38,825 nt of DNA from Deltaproteobacteria bacterium. Lineage in GTDB: Bacteria > Myxococcota > JACRCW01. How positions within the stretch are numbered: the stretch's first letter is position 1; every line of letters starts with the position of its first letter. Below are positions 1 through 12,403 of the stretch, piece after piece. The stretch spans positions 1 to 38,825 of the forward strand of contig JACRCW010000140.1 in assembly GCA_016218805.1 (NCBI GenBank). The letters run 5' to 3'. Both the position numbers and the translations under genes were made by a program. Below the pieces are notes generated by a model that saw only the letters and a program-made list of their open reading frames with translations, was not told the origin of the DNA and searched no databases.

Positions 1-916
1 CCGTGGCGGGCGCGGCGGCCGCGGGCGGCGGGCTCATCCCCTGCTGCGCCACGGGCATCCCCGCCGGCGGGGTGTTGCGGCGCGCCGGCGGCGCGGTCAG
101 CGGGGTGGGCTCCGCCGCCGCAAACCGCTCCGCGCGCGCGGCGCGCTCCTTGCGCTCCTCCTCCGTGGACGGCGGCGCCACACCCGCCGCCAACGACGCC
201 AGCAGCGCCCGCTCATCCTCCTGGCGGACCGCCTGCTGCATCATCATCTCCTCCACGGTGGGCGGCCGGCGCGCCGCCTCCGCGGCCGCTTCCGCCGCCG
301 CCGCCGCGGCCGCCTCTGCGGCACGCTGTGCTTCCTCCCGGGCCAGCCGCTCGGCCTCCCGCTCCTCCGCGGACCGCAGCAGGCCCTGGCTGCGCAGCTT
401 GCGCATGACCCGCAGCACGGTGACGTCCGGCATCTCCGTGGCCGCCACCACCTCCTGCACCGTGCGCCGCCCGTCCACCAGCCCCAGGATGGGCGCAATC
501 TCCTGCCGGATGTCCGCATCCAGGCGCGAGATCTGCCCCAGCTCCAGCGTGAAAACCGCGCTCAGCCCGCCCAGCTTGCCGGCGTGGTGCAGCACCTCCT
601 GGTGGTGTGCCTCCCCGCGGTCCAGCAGGTCCTTCATGGCGCTCGCCGTGGCGCCGGCCACCGAGTCCGGGTGCGGCTCAAACTGGAAGCCGCCCTCCTG
701 GAACGTCATCAGGCGCAGCACCGCGGCCTCGCCCGTGGCTGGCCCAAAGTGCGCCTCAGACACGGCCCCGTCCCACAGTTTCACCCACGCCTCGCCCGCG
801 CTGGTGCGCACCACCAGGCGGCCGCAGGACCGCAACGCCGCGTGCCCCTGCAGCAGGTCCCGCAGTGGGAACTGGGCAAGGTCACCCTGGGCGGGGAGGG
901 AGGCGACTTGGTTCAT
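1..916 (-). CDS. DUF4388 (PatA_N-like) domain protein, 3' end outside the window
   Basis: Not in the ORF track because it has no stop in the window. Read manually from ATG at 916: MNQVASLPAQGDLAQFPLRDLLQGHAALRSCGRLVVRTSAGEAWVKLWDGAVSEAHFGPATGEAAVLRLMTFQEGGFQFEP, which has the GxL..xxDLLQ..GxL..GExA..GxFxF pattern of DUF4388. It continues through a winged-helix-like segment (LVDGRRTVQEVV) and an Ala/Glu/Pro-rich linker. Confidence 0.75.
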   Translation of the reverse strand, partial: MNQVASLPAQGDLAQFPLRDLLQGHAALRSCGRLVVRTSAGEAWVKLWDGAVSEAHFGPATGEAAVLRLMTFQEGGFQFEPHPDSVAGATASAMKDLLDRGEAHHQEVLHHAGKLGGLSAVFTLELGQISRLDADIRQEIAPILGLVDGRRTVQEVVAATEMPDVTVLRVMRKLRSQGLLRSAEEREAERLAREEAQRAAEAAAAAAAEAAAEAARRPPTVEEMMMQQAVRQEDERALLASLAAGVAPPSTEEERKERAARAERFAAAEPTPLTAPPARRNTPPAGMPVAQQGMSPPPAAAAPAT

Positions 917-931
917 TGCTGGAACGCGGGT

Positions 932-2047
932 CTACCGTGCCTTTCCCGTCCCCCGCAATCCGGCACCCCGTCCCCCCGCCGCGCCGCGCAACCCCCCCGC
1001 CACCGCCTTCACCGCCTGCACCACCCCGCCGCCCCGCACCCGGGCGGCGCGCCGGCCCTGCCGGGCGGTCCGGTGACTGGCCGGCGCACCCGCCAGGCAC
1101 GCCGCCAGGAAGGACTTCACGTCCCGCTGCAGATCGCGCTCCAGGAACAGCAGGCTCATGTGGCCGGACGGGTAGATGTGCAGCGGCACCCGCCAGCGCC
1201 GGGCCAGCCCCGTGGCCACCCCCAGTGGCACCACGCCGTCATGCACGCCGTGGGCAAGGAAGATGCGCTCGGCCGGCAGCGGCCGCTCAAACGAATGCGC
1301 CCGGTAGGGGATCCCCAGCTCGCGCAGTTCGGCCGCTGCGGGGATGGCGTCACCGCGCTTCTCCACCCGGCGCCGGTAGTGACGGCCCAGCCGGCTCTTC
1401 TCCATGGGCGGCTGCATGTCCGCCGCCGGCGTCAGCAGCACCAGGCCGTTGACGGGCGCCCCCGCCAGGGCGGCCATGGCCGCGTACAGCCCGCCCAGGC
1501 TCATCCCCACCAGGAACACCGGCTTGTGGTGCACCGCCAGCCCCTGGCTCACCGCGCGCAGCTCCGCCGCGGTCAGCTGCAGCATCCGCTCCATGTACGG
1601 GAAGTCAAAGCTCAGCAGCCGCTCACCGCTCCACCAGCCCGGCCGCGTGCGCTCCATGTGGTCCGGCGGCACGTAGACCATGGCGTGCATGGACAGGGAC
1701 TGCACCAGCCGCACCCACGGCGCCAGCACCCACGGCCGCGGGATCAGCCAGAACGGCGCGAACACCACCACGCCACGGCTGTGCCCCCGCGGCGGGTAGA
1801 CGTGCAGGTGCACGCGGTCATTGGGCGGCGGCAGCCCGCGCACCGGGCTGTCAAAGGTCAGGCGCGTGCGGCGGGTGGGCAACGGAATGGCCAGCGCGTG
1901 CGTGTCGGGCACGCCACCGGCGGGATGCTCGGCGTGTGCGGTGAGGGGGCCCATCTGCACTTTCGGCGGGTGCATGGGCAGCAGCGTGGCGGCGCCCATC
2001 AGCAGCTCGTCCAGCCCTCGGTGCACCACCCGGCGGATGCTGGGCAT
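932..2047 (-). CDS. Alpha/beta-fold hydrolase
   Basis: Nucleophile elbow GMSLGG, acid motif HDGVVP, His motif SGH; GGAGG RBS upstream of the ATG. Confidence 0.8.
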   Translation of the reverse strand: MPSIRRVVHRGLDELLMGAATLLPMHPPKVQMGPLTAHAEHPAGGVPDTHALAIPLPTRRTRLTFDSPVRGLPPPNDRVHLHVYPPRGHSRGVVVFAPFWLIPRPWVLAPWVRLVQSLSMHAMVYVPPDHMERTRPGWWSGERLLSFDFPYMERMLQLTAAELRAVSQGLAVHHKPVFLVGMSLGGLYAAMAALAGAPVNGLVLLTPAADMQPPMEKSRLGRHYRRRVEKRGDAIPAAAELRELGIPYRAHSFERPLPAERIFLAHGVHDGVVPLGVATGLARRWRVPLHIYPSGHMSLLFLERDLQRDVKSFLAACLAGAPASHRTARQGRRAARVRGGGVVQAVKAVAGGLRGAAGGRGAGLRGTGKAR

Positions 2048-2168
2048 GGCTGCGGACCTCCGGCACGGGTGTGACCCCCGGTGCCGGGCGGGTCAAGCTG
2101 TTGGGTGCTGGCCTCCGCCGCCAAGCCCCAGCCCGCGACAGGTCCCCCCCCGACCGGCGGGGCTGCCG

Positions 2169-4802
<2,634 letters not shown>

Positions 4803-4852
4803 GCTGGGCGGCGCGCGTGACGTGGTTGACGCGGATCCCATCCGAGGACCCC

Positions 4853-5464
4853 TCAAGCCCGCCACACCGTTTCCACCGCCGTCCAGATGGTCCGCTCCAC
4901 GTCATCCATGCCGCCGTTGCCGTCCACCGTCCGCACGTCCCCCAGCGCGGGGCGGGCGGCAAATGCCGCGTAGTTGCGCCGCACGCGCGCCTGCAATTCA
5001 TCCACTTCATACTGGTCCGCGGGTAACCCGCGCGCGGCGCGCCGGGCGGCGGCGGTGGGCACATCCACGTCAACGAACACGGTCAGGTCCGCGCGCCGGG
5101 CGCGCGCGTTGATGCGCTCCACGAAGTCCACGTCCAGAAACGCGCCCTGGTAGGCCAGGCTGGAGAGCACGTAGCGGTCGCAGATGACCACGGCGCCGGC
5201 GGCCAGCGCGGGTTCCACTTCGCGCGCCAGGTGGTCCAGCCGGTCCGCGGCGAACAGGAGCGCCAGTGCGCCGGGATCCGTGGGGGTCCCGGTGGCTCCG
5301 TCACGCAGCAGCTGGCGAACGTGGGTGCCAATGGGACCGCGGCTGGGCTCACAGGTCTGCACCACGCGCGCGCCAGCGGCCGTGAAGCGCGCGGCCAGGC
5401 GCGCGGCCTGCGTGGTGGTCCCGGACCCGTCAATGCCCTCCAGGACGAGGAAGAAGCCCGCCAC
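4853..5464 (-). CDS. tmk: Thymidylate (dTMP) kinase
   Basis: LEGIDGSGTTTQ P-loop, EPS, LLFAADRLDH, VICDRYVLSSLAYQG. Probable GTG start at 5464, just after the kinase stop. Confidence 0.92.
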   Translation of the reverse strand: MAGFFLVLEGIDGSGTTTQAARLAARFTAAGARVVQTCEPSRGPIGTHVRQLLRDGATGTPTDPGALALLFAADRLDHLAREVEPALAAGAVVICDRYVLSSLAYQGAFLDVDFVERINARARRADLTVFVDVDVPTAAARRAARGLPADQYEVDELQARVRRNYAAFAARPALGDVRTVDGNGGMDDVERTIWTAVETVWRA

Positions 5465-5471
5465 GCGCGCC

Positions 5472-8039
5472 TCAGGCGATCTGCAGGTTGCGCAGCCGCC
5501 CCTCCAGCTCCACAAACGCCTGCGCCGCCTGGGCGCCCGTCTGGAAGCGGTGGGCGGGGTCCTTGGCCATGCACACGTTCATGACGGCATCCAGCTCGGG
5601 CGGCACGCCGGGGCGTTCGGCGGACAGCGGCGGCGGCGGCGAATGCAGGTGCCGCTGCAGCACGTCCGCGCCGGTGAACGGCGGGTGGCCGGCAATGAGC
5701 GCGTACAGCACGCACCCCAGCGAATAGATGTCCGCGCGCCCGTCCACGTCACCGCCCATCACCTGTTCCGGGCTCATGTAGTACGGGGTGCCGGTGACGC
5801 CGTCCTTGCCGCCGCCGGACAGGGCGGCCGCAATGCCAAAGTCCGTCAGCTTCACGCGCCCGTCCTTGCCCATCAGGATGTTCCCCGGCTTGACGTCCCG
5901 GTGGACAATGCCGGCCTTGTGGGCGGCATCCAGCGCGCTGGCAATGGCGGCGCAGTACACCAGCGCGCGCGCGGGGTGGATCTTCTGCGGGACCACCTGC
6001 GTGAGCACGGGGCCTTCCACCAGCTCCATGGCCAGGTACGGCGCGCCGCGCTCCACGCCGGCGTCATACACGGTGACAATGCACGGGTGGTTGAGGCCGG
6101 CAGCGGCGCGCGCCTCCGCCAGAAAGCGCGTGCGCGCCTCCGCGTCAGACGCCATGGCTTCCGGCAGGCGCTTGAGGGCCACGGGGCGGTTCAGCACCGT
6201 GTCACGCGCGCGGTAGACCACGCCCATGGCGCCGCGCCCCAGCTCCGCCTCAGGGACATAGCGCGGCGGGGCGTCATCCTTGGGCTGGGCTTCCACCATC
6301 TTCCGCTGCGCCGCCAGGGACGACTGCGCGGCCACCTGCTGCTGCATGGCGGCCTCATAGGCGGCGCGCATCTGCTCGCTGTTGATGCGCATGAACAACT
6401 GCTGCACGCGGCTGACCGCCTCCGCGTGGTCCTTCTTGGCCTGCGCCGCGCGCTGCGCGTACGCCAGCGCGTTGGGCACGTCCCCGGCGCCCTCCATCAG
6501 GTTGGACAGTTCCAGCGCCATGGGAATGGCCTCAGCCGGCTGGCGCGCGTCCACCGCCGCCTTGAGGAACTGCACGGCGCCCTTGAGGTCCCCGCCCATC
6601 ACCAGCTTGCGGGTGATGTCCATCTGAACGTCCATGGACTCTGGCTTGCCGTGGCCCAGCAGCACGCCGGCGGCCTCGCGCACCTTGCCGTCCGCCAGCA
6701 GCATGCGTGCCGCGTTGGCCGGGTCCCCGCCGCGGCTGAACAGCTCGCCGGCCTTGAGGCGGTTGCCCATGCCCTCGTGGATCTCGGCGGCGCGCTTGTA
6801 GTTGGTGGCCTTCTCAAACAGCTCCGCCGCCTCCGCCGGGCGGTTCTTCTGCAGCGCAATGTCTCCCGCCGCGGTGTAGTTGGCCGCGCGCACGTGCGCG
6901 TTGAACGCGCCTTCCAGGTCCCCCACGTCCTCAAACAGCTGCGCCGCCTTGACGGCGTCCCCCGCGGCCAGCGCGGCCTGCGCCGCGGCCCGCATGTCAC
7001 CCTGGCCCTCCAGGTAGCTCACCGCCGCCTGGCCCAGCCCCTTGTCAATGAGCAGCCGCGCGGCTTCCTCGCCGCGGCCGGCCTGGCTGAGCGTGCGCGC
7101 CGCCTCCTGCCACAGCTGCCCGCGCGCATACGCCTCCGCCGCCTTGTCCGGGTAGCCGGCCTGTTCCAGGCAGCGTCCCACGGCGGGCCAATCATTCACC
7201 TTGGCGTAGTTGCGCGCGGCGCGCGCAAGCGCCCCGCGCCGCTCTTTGTCGTCGGCAGCGTGCGCCGCGTGGTACTCAAAGGCCGCCCCGGCCTGCGCCT
7301 CGCGCCCAAACCCTTCAAACATCTCGCCGGCGCGGGCGTGCTGTTCGCGCCGCGCAAACGCCTCGGCGGCGGGGATCAGGTACAGCTCCGCGGACGTGCG
7401 GTCCTTGGCGCGCAGCAGCAGGTCCACCGCCTTGTCGCCGTCACCTTTCTGGGCGTGCAGTTGAGCGGCCTTGCGCGTGGCGTCCATGCCGCGCTTTTCC
7501 TGGTTGAGCGCCCGCCACAGTTCCCCGGCGCGCTCCAGCATGGCCGGCTGGTTGCCGGACTCCAGCAGTTCGGCCGCCTCGCGGTGCTTGGCGTCACTCT
7601 CCAGGATCTCTGCCGCCTCCAGCAGGTTGCCCGCGCCCCGTAGGGCATCCACCAGGGCGGCAAGGTCCCCCAGCGCGCGGAACATCTCCGCCGCCTCCTT
7701 GAAGCGCTTGGCCTCCATGAGCTGGCGGGCCACCTTCTTGGACGGCTTTGCGCCGGGCTTCACCTCCACCGGCGGGGGCGTGGCCGGCCGGCGGCGCCGG
7801 CGCGGTGACCCGGAGGTGAATGAGGTCACCAGCAGGGCCACCGCCAGCAGTGCCAGCACACCGCCGGTGCCGTAGCTGGCCACCGCGTCACGGTTGAACA
7901 GGATGTCACCAAGGATGCCGCCTTCCAGCCCGCGCGCCACCTCCGGCGGCAGCAGCGCGGTGCGCAGGAAGGGCAGGAAGATGAACGCCGCCCCTGCCGC
8001 GGTGGCGGCAAACAGGACCAGGCGGATGAGCAGCATCAT
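5472..8039 (-). CDS. Membrane-anchored Ser/Thr protein kinase with TPR/SNAP-like helical repeats
   Basis: C-terminal Hanks motifs LGRGAMGVVY, VALK, HRDVKPGN, DFG, GTPYYMSPEQ, DIYSLG. Many AAELFE..G..AA helical repeats. Two N-terminal hydrophobic segments. Start estimated at MMLLIRL. Confidence 0.9.
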   Translation of the reverse strand: MMLLIRLVLFAATAAGAAFIFLPFLRTALLPPEVARGLEGGILGDILFNRDAVASYGTGGVLALLAVALLVTSFTSGSPRRRRRPATPPPVEVKPGAKPSKKVARQLMEAKRFKEAAEMFRALGDLAALVDALRGAGNLLEAAEILESDAKHREAAELLESGNQPAMLERAGELWRALNQEKRGMDATRKAAQLHAQKGDGDKAVDLLLRAKDRTSAELYLIPAAEAFARREQHARAGEMFEGFGREAQAGAAFEYHAAHAADDKERRGALARAARNYAKVNDWPAVGRCLEQAGYPDKAAEAYARGQLWQEAARTLSQAGRGEEAARLLIDKGLGQAAVSYLEGQGDMRAAAQAALAAGDAVKAAQLFEDVGDLEGAFNAHVRAANYTAAGDIALQKNRPAEAAELFEKATNYKRAAEIHEGMGNRLKAGELFSRGGDPANAARMLLADGKVREAAGVLLGHGKPESMDVQMDITRKLVMGGDLKGAVQFLKAAVDARQPAEAIPMALELSNLMEGAGDVPNALAYAQRAAQAKKDHAEAVSRVQQLFMRINSEQMRAAYEAAMQQQVAAQSSLAAQRKMVEAQPKDDAPPRYVPEAELGRGAMGVVYRARDTVLNRPVALKRLPEAMASDAEARTRFLAEARAAAGLNHPCIVTVYDAGVERGAPYLAMELVEGPVLTQVVPQKIHPARALVYCAAIASALDAAHKAGIVHRDVKPGNILMGKDGRVKLTDFGIAAALSGGGKDGVTGTPYYMSPEQVMGGDVDGRADIYSLGCVLYALIAGHPPFTGADVLQRHLHSPPPPLSAERPGVPPELDAVMNVCMAKDPAHRFQTGAQAAQAFVELEGRLRNLQIA

Positions 8040-8157
8040 GGCGGGGGGAGGAGTATTCGCGCGCGGCGCCACCGGGCGCAACGGGGAGAGCAGTGCCCGT
8101 CCTGCGCCCTGCGCCGCGGGCGCCGGGGCGTATGGCCCGGGCGCCCCAGGGCCGGTC

Positions 8158-8589
8158 TCAGCCGCCCACGCGCCACAGGAAGGATGAGATCACCATCCAG
8201 ATGCCAACGCCGATGGCCACCAGGCCCATCATGCCCTGCTTGGGCGCCAGCTTGGCGATCATGAGATCCATCTTCTCCACCGCCTGCGGCTGCTTGATGA
8301 ACGTCTTGAGCACGCCCACGCCCAGCAACAGGCCCAAGGCAAACTGCAGCAGCGAAGAGGCCAGGAAGGTGGCCCAGAAGATGGGAACCACCTTCAGCCA
8401 CGTGCCCATTGTGAGGATGGAGTTGATGATGCCCCACACGCCCCACAGCGCGCTCACCGCGCCAATCCAGCCCTGGTAGGGCGCAACCTTGGCGATCAGT
8501 TCCTTGGCGTCCGGCTTCTTGGCAATGATGAGACTGGCTGCACCAAGGACCCCCAGCAGCGCCAACCACAGACCAGCGACGAGACCCAT
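8158..8589 (-). CDS. Small integral membrane protein (about 4 TM), function unknown
   Basis: AGGAGG RBS before MGLVAGLWLALLG; four hydrophobic segments; an internal repeat (IAKVAPYQG / IAKLAPKQG). Confidence 0.8.
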   Translation of the reverse strand: MGLVAGLWLALLGVLGAASLIIAKKPDAKELIAKVAPYQGWIGAVSALWGVWGIINSILTMGTWLKVVPIFWATFLASSLLQFALGLLLGVGVLKTFIKQPQAVEKMDLMIAKLAPKQGMMGLVAIGVGIWMVISSFLWRVGG

Positions 8590-8762
8590 GTTTGCCTCCT
8601 GTGCAGGGCCACGCCCGGGGGCGTGCCCGCGTTGGTGCGCCGCCCACTGGCGCCCCCGTGAAAAACCCCGCGGCCCGTACCATGAGGACGGCAACGCGCC
8701 AAGCGGGAGCTCGGGCGAACAAAAGCCCGCGCCAGAACTGGCGGTCTGCCGGCCGGATGACG

Positions 8763-10745
8763 TCAACGCAACCCGAAGCGCTTCAGTTTCTTGTGCAGTC
8801 CCTCACGCGTGAGGCCCAGGGTCTCCGCGGCGCGGGTGACATTGTTGCCCGTGGCGGACAGGCGGTCCCTCAGGATCTGCGCCTCCACGGCGTCCAGCAG
8901 CTCCTTGAGTGACCCCTTCTCCGAATCCGGCACCTGCGGAACCAGCCTGGCGGCGCCCGTCACCTTGGCGGAGAGGTCCTTGGCGGTGATCTCCTGGTCG
9001 GGGTCCGCCTGGATGGCCACGCGCTGCATCTCGTTCTGCAGTTCACGGATGTTGCCGGGCCACGGGTAGTTGCGCAGCTGGCTCATGGCGTCGGATGAGA
9101 AGTGCAGGCTGCCGCGCTCCAACTCGCCGGAATAGTGCGCCAGGAAGTGCTCGGCCAGCAGCGCAATGTCGTCCCCGCGCTCGCGCAGCGGCGGCAGGCG
9201 CACCGGCACCACCTTGAGGCGGTAGAGCAGGTCCTCGCGGAACCGGCCCTCTTTCACTTCCGCCTCCAGGTCCCGGTTGGTGGCGGAGATGACCCGCACT
9301 GTCACCTTGTGGGACCGCGTGGCGCCCACCGGGCGCACTTCGGACTCCTGCAGCACGCGCAGCAGGCGCTGCTGCATGGCGGGGGACGTCTCGCCGATTT
9401 CATCCAGGAAGATGGTGCCGCCGTCCGCAATGGTGAACAGGCCTTTCTTGTCCTGCGTGGCGCCGGTGAACGCGCCGCGCACGTGGCCGAACAGTTCACT
9501 CTCCAACAGCGTGTCCGTCAGCGACCCGCAGTTGGTCCCCAGGAAAATGCGGTCCTTGCGCGGAGACTGGTTGTGCAGCGCGCGCGCCACCAGTTCCTTG
9601 CCCGTACCCGTCTCGCCCTCAATGAGCACCGTGGCGTCCGTGCGGGCCACCTTGGTGAGCTGCTCAAACACGCCCTGCATGGCGGGTGACTTGCCAATGA
9701 TCTCCGTGAACCGCCCGGCGCGGCGCAGCGCGTCCTGCAGGTAGCGGTTCTCGCCTTCCAGGGCTTCGCCGCGGGCGCGCAGCTTGCCCATGATGTCCGC
9801 GTTGACCAGCGCCAGCGTCACCAGGCTGGCCAGCACCGTCACCAGCTCCAGGTCGCGCTCGGTGAACGGGACGCCGCCCTCGCGCGTGTCCACGGAGAGG
9901 ATTCCCCACACCTCCCCGCCGCGCCACAGCGGCACGGTGATGGCGCTCCTGATCTTGGACAGCGCCACGCTCTCAGAGCTGGCCATCTCCACGGCGGCGT
10001 CAGACACCAGGCACGCTTCACGGCGCGTGATGACGCGGGCCACCAGCGCGCGGGACACGCGCCAGCCCGGCTGGTCCCCGGTGCGGCCGCGCGCGCGGTA
10101 CAGCGTGCGGCGGAAGTCATTCTTGTCCGCCTCCAGCACGCCCAGGAACAGGTGACTGGCCGGCGCGCACAGCGTGAACAGCGTGGAGGCCGCACGGTCC
10201 ACCACGCTGGTGAGGTCCTCGGTGGCGGCGGACCGCGCCAGGTCAAACACGGCGGTGGCCACCCGCGCATCGCGTGACAGGCCCTCCGGGAGCACGGCGA
10301 TGTTTTCAACCGAGAAGCGCGCCACCACCGTGCCGCCCGCGTCCGGGTCCACCGGCCGGCTGGCCACGCTGGTCACCACCGGCGCGTCATCCTTGGACGG
10401 GTGCACGGCGCCGCCCTTGCCGTCATCCAGCAGCGTGGCCACCACCGGCTCCGAACTGTCCCCCATCACCACCTTGTCACCCACCTTCAGCGGCACCGCG
10501 GGGCCGCCGCCCGGCGCGGGCAGGCGCTGGTCCGCGCGCAGGATCATGGAGCCGTTGGTGGACCCCAGGTCCGTGAAGGTCACCCCGCTGCCGGTCACGT
10601 CAATGCGGCCGTGGTGCGTGGACACGTGCGGGTTGTCCATCATCAGCATGTTCCCCGCGCCCCGCCCCAGGCTGATGGAAGGCGCAGCCGTCTCAAACAA
10701 CCGGACGGGAAGACTGGGGACGGCAAGCTGGATGCGGACAGGCAC
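8763..10745 (-). CDS. FHA-GAF sigma-54 enhancer-binding protein (AAA+, Fis-type HTH)
   Basis: FHA (LGRGAGN..VSTHHGRI..DLGSTNGS), GAF (IRSAITVPL..GILSVD), Walker A GETGTGKE, ESELFGHVRGAFTGA, Walker B FLDEIGE, WPGNIREL, HTH NVTRAAETLGL. Start uncertain (GTG at 10745); the track's extension to 11504 is the antisense of the SPOR gene. Confidence 0.93.
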   Translation of the reverse strand: MPVRIQLAVPSLPVRLFETAAPSISLGRGAGNMLMMDNPHVSTHHGRIDVTGSGVTFTDLGSTNGSMILRADQRLPAPGGGPAVPLKVGDKVVMGDSSEPVVATLLDDGKGGAVHPSKDDAPVVTSVASRPVDPDAGGTVVARFSVENIAVLPEGLSRDARVATAVFDLARSAATEDLTSVVDRAASTLFTLCAPASHLFLGVLEADKNDFRRTLYRARGRTGDQPGWRVSRALVARVITRREACLVSDAAVEMASSESVALSKIRSAITVPLWRGGEVWGILSVDTREGGVPFTERDLELVTVLASLVTLALVNADIMGKLRARGEALEGENRYLQDALRRAGRFTEIIGKSPAMQGVFEQLTKVARTDATVLIEGETGTGKELVARALHNQSPRKDRIFLGTNCGSLTDTLLESELFGHVRGAFTGATQDKKGLFTIADGGTIFLDEIGETSPAMQQRLLRVLQESEVRPVGATRSHKVTVRVISATNRDLEAEVKEGRFREDLLYRLKVVPVRLPPLRERGDDIALLAEHFLAHYSGELERGSLHFSSDAMSQLRNYPWPGNIRELQNEMQRVAIQADPDQEITAKDLSAKVTGAARLVPQVPDSEKGSLKELLDAVEAQILRDRLSATGNNVTRAAETLGLTREGLHKKLKRFGLR

Positions 10746-10952
10746 GGGAAAGGGCCTCCGGGGCCGAGGGAGGCGGCACCGTACCAAGCCCGCCCCACGA
10801 CGCCAACCCGGGAGACGCGCGCGGCCGCCGTGCGTGGTGCACGCCGGTGCACGCGGAGAAAAATTTGGTGGGAGCACGACGTGGCCGTACGGTGGCTGGC
10901 GCCGGTCGGAGGCGGCCGGTGTCCACGGTGGGAGGCGGGAGGAGTCGGTAGG

Positions 10953-11675
10953 ATGCCGCAGCGGGACAATCCAACGGCCAACCGTGAGCGCAGAAGCCCC
11001 AAGCCCCCGCGGCGCGCGGGCATCCCGTTCACCGGCGCGGTGCTGGTGGCCGCGCTTGCCGGGCTGGGCGCATTCTGGGCGGGTGACACGCTGGGCTACC
11101 AGCGCGGGTTTGCCCAGGCGCACGAATGCGATGCCGGTGACCCGCTGGCCCGCCTGGACCAGCAGGCGGCCGCCCACCAGGTCCGCCTGGCCGCCGCCGC
11201 CGCCCGCACGCAACCCACCCCGGCCCGCCGCGAGGGGCCCACGCCCGTGGTCACCATTCCGGCACTGCCGGACGCCTTCAGCTTCCACGAGACGCTCAAG
11301 GGCGCCCCGGGCCGTCCGCAGGACCGCTCTCCGGTGCTCACCTCCGCCAGCCCCAACCCGGCCCGCCCCCCCACGCTCCCCGTGGTGACGGCCACCCCCA
11401 CGCCCCCTCCCGCGCCCGCCGGCCTGCGCGTAGGCCCCGCCGCCGGTGAGTTCACCCTCCAGGCCGGCGCGTTTCCGGACAAGAACGAGGCCCTGCGCCT
11501 GCACGACCGCCTCCGGGCGCTGGGCTACCGCCCGGTGATCGCCCCGTCTGAGACGGCGGGCAGCACGTGGTACCGGGTGCGCGTGGGCCGGTTTGCGGAG
11601 CGTGCGTCAGCCGAGGTGGGTATCCAGGCCCTGGGTGACGGCGCGGGCATCCACGCCATCCCCGTGCGGCACTGA
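10953..11675 (+). CDS. SPOR-domain cell-division/peptidoglycan-binding protein (FtsN/DedD-like)
   Basis: GGAGGAG RBS; basic N-tail, one TM, Pro-rich linker, C-terminal SPOR (FTLQAGAF..A..L..WYRVRVGRF). Confidence 0.85.
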   Translation: MPQRDNPTANRERRSPKPPRRAGIPFTGAVLVAALAGLGAFWAGDTLGYQRGFAQAHECDAGDPLARLDQQAAAHQVRLAAAAARTQPTPARREGPTPVVTIPALPDAFSFHETLKGAPGRPQDRSPVLTSASPNPARPPTLPVVTATPTPPPAPAGLRVGPAAGEFTLQAGAFPDKNEALRLHDRLRALGYRPVIAPSETAGSTWYRVRVGRFAERASAEVGIQALGDGAGIHAIPVRH

Positions 11676-11685
11676 CCGGAAACCG

Positions 11686-11702
11686 GGCGCCGCTGCGGCG
11701 CC
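11686..11702. terminator. GC-rich hairpin between convergent SPOR and vapC genes
   Basis: GGCGCCG-ctg-CGGCGCC inverted repeat; no U-tract. Confidence 0.3.
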
Positions 11703-11711
11703 TGCCAAGGC

Positions 11712-12110
11712 TCACGGCAGCATGGTGTAGCCACAGTCGCGGAAGTCGGCGTCAAACGTGAACGCCGCCCGCAACCCCACGCGGTCCATCACGGCAAAGC
11801 TCGCGCAATCCGCAAAGCTCAGTTTCTTGTCGTGGAAGCGCTCCATCCGCACCAGCGCTTCGGTCACCATGCGCGTGTCCACCAGCACCAGTTCATGGCG
11901 CTTGCTGCGCAGGATCTCACGGCTGACGTGGACGGCGCGGGCCGCGTCCGCCCGCGCGCGCACGCGCGTGGCCACCTCCCCCAGGATGAGGTCCGTCAGC
12001 AGGAACCTTGCCCCGGGGTTGTCCCGCGGGAACGCGGCCGCGGCCGCGTGGAACTGGTCCTCCCGGAACAGCAACGCCAGGAGGGCTGAGGTATCCGCCA
12101 GCAGTTTCAT
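11712..12110 (-). CDS. vapC: PIN-domain VapC-type toxin
   Basis: LLADTSALLAL..D..H, ILGEV, LSFADCASFAVM, AFTFDADF with the acidic PIN residues present. Confidence 0.9.
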   Translation of the reverse strand: MKLLADTSALLALLFREDQFHAAAAAFPRDNPGARFLLTDLILGEVATRVRARADAARAVHVSREILRSKRHELVLVDTRMVTEALVRMERFHDKKLSFADCASFAVMDRVGLRAAFTFDADFRDCGYTMLP

Positions 12111-12396
12111 CACGGGGCTCCGCCACGCGGGACAGCGGCAGCTGCTCCCACCCGTACAGATACGCGTCATGGTTCACGGACTCATCACCGCTGGAGCCGG
12201 ACAGGCTGCCCACCAGCGCATCCACCGGGTCCGCGCCAAACGCCACGGCGGACGGTCCGCTGGTGCCGGTCAGGTACTGCTCCACGGCATCCCGCACCAG
12301 GGCCGCCACGCTGCGGCCGTCACGCTCCGCGCGCAGCCGCAACGCCTCAAACGCTTGCTCCGGCAGGCGCAGGTTGGTGGTGACAAACGTGCTCAT
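11917..12396 (-). CDS. Ribbon-helix-helix (CopG-like) antitoxin
   Basis: TTNLRLPEQAFEALRLRAERDGRSVAALVRDAVEQYL is an RHH pattern. The C-terminal DESVNHDAYLYG is typical of PIN-associated antitoxins. Lies directly upstream of vapC, and its frame runs on into vapC. Confidence 0.85.
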   Translation of the reverse strand: MSTFVTTNLRLPEQAFEALRLRAERDGRSVAALVRDAVEQYLTGTSGPSAVAFGADPVDALVGSLSGSSGDESVNHDAYLYGWEQLPLSRVAEPRDETAGGYLSPPGVAVPGGPVPRGRGRVPAGQPRGKVPADGPHPGGGGHARARAGGRGPRRPRQP

Positions 12397-12403
12397 GACC
12401 CAT

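Noticed and set aside
2059..2165. Hairpins between the cytochrome and hydrolase genes as a terminator or RNA switch
   Set aside because: GC-rich stems without a U-tract; cannot be distinguished from chance at this GC content.
10746..11504. N-terminal extension of the EBP given in the ORF track
   Set aside because: It overlaps the well-supported SPOR gene on the opposite strand and has non-protein-like composition.
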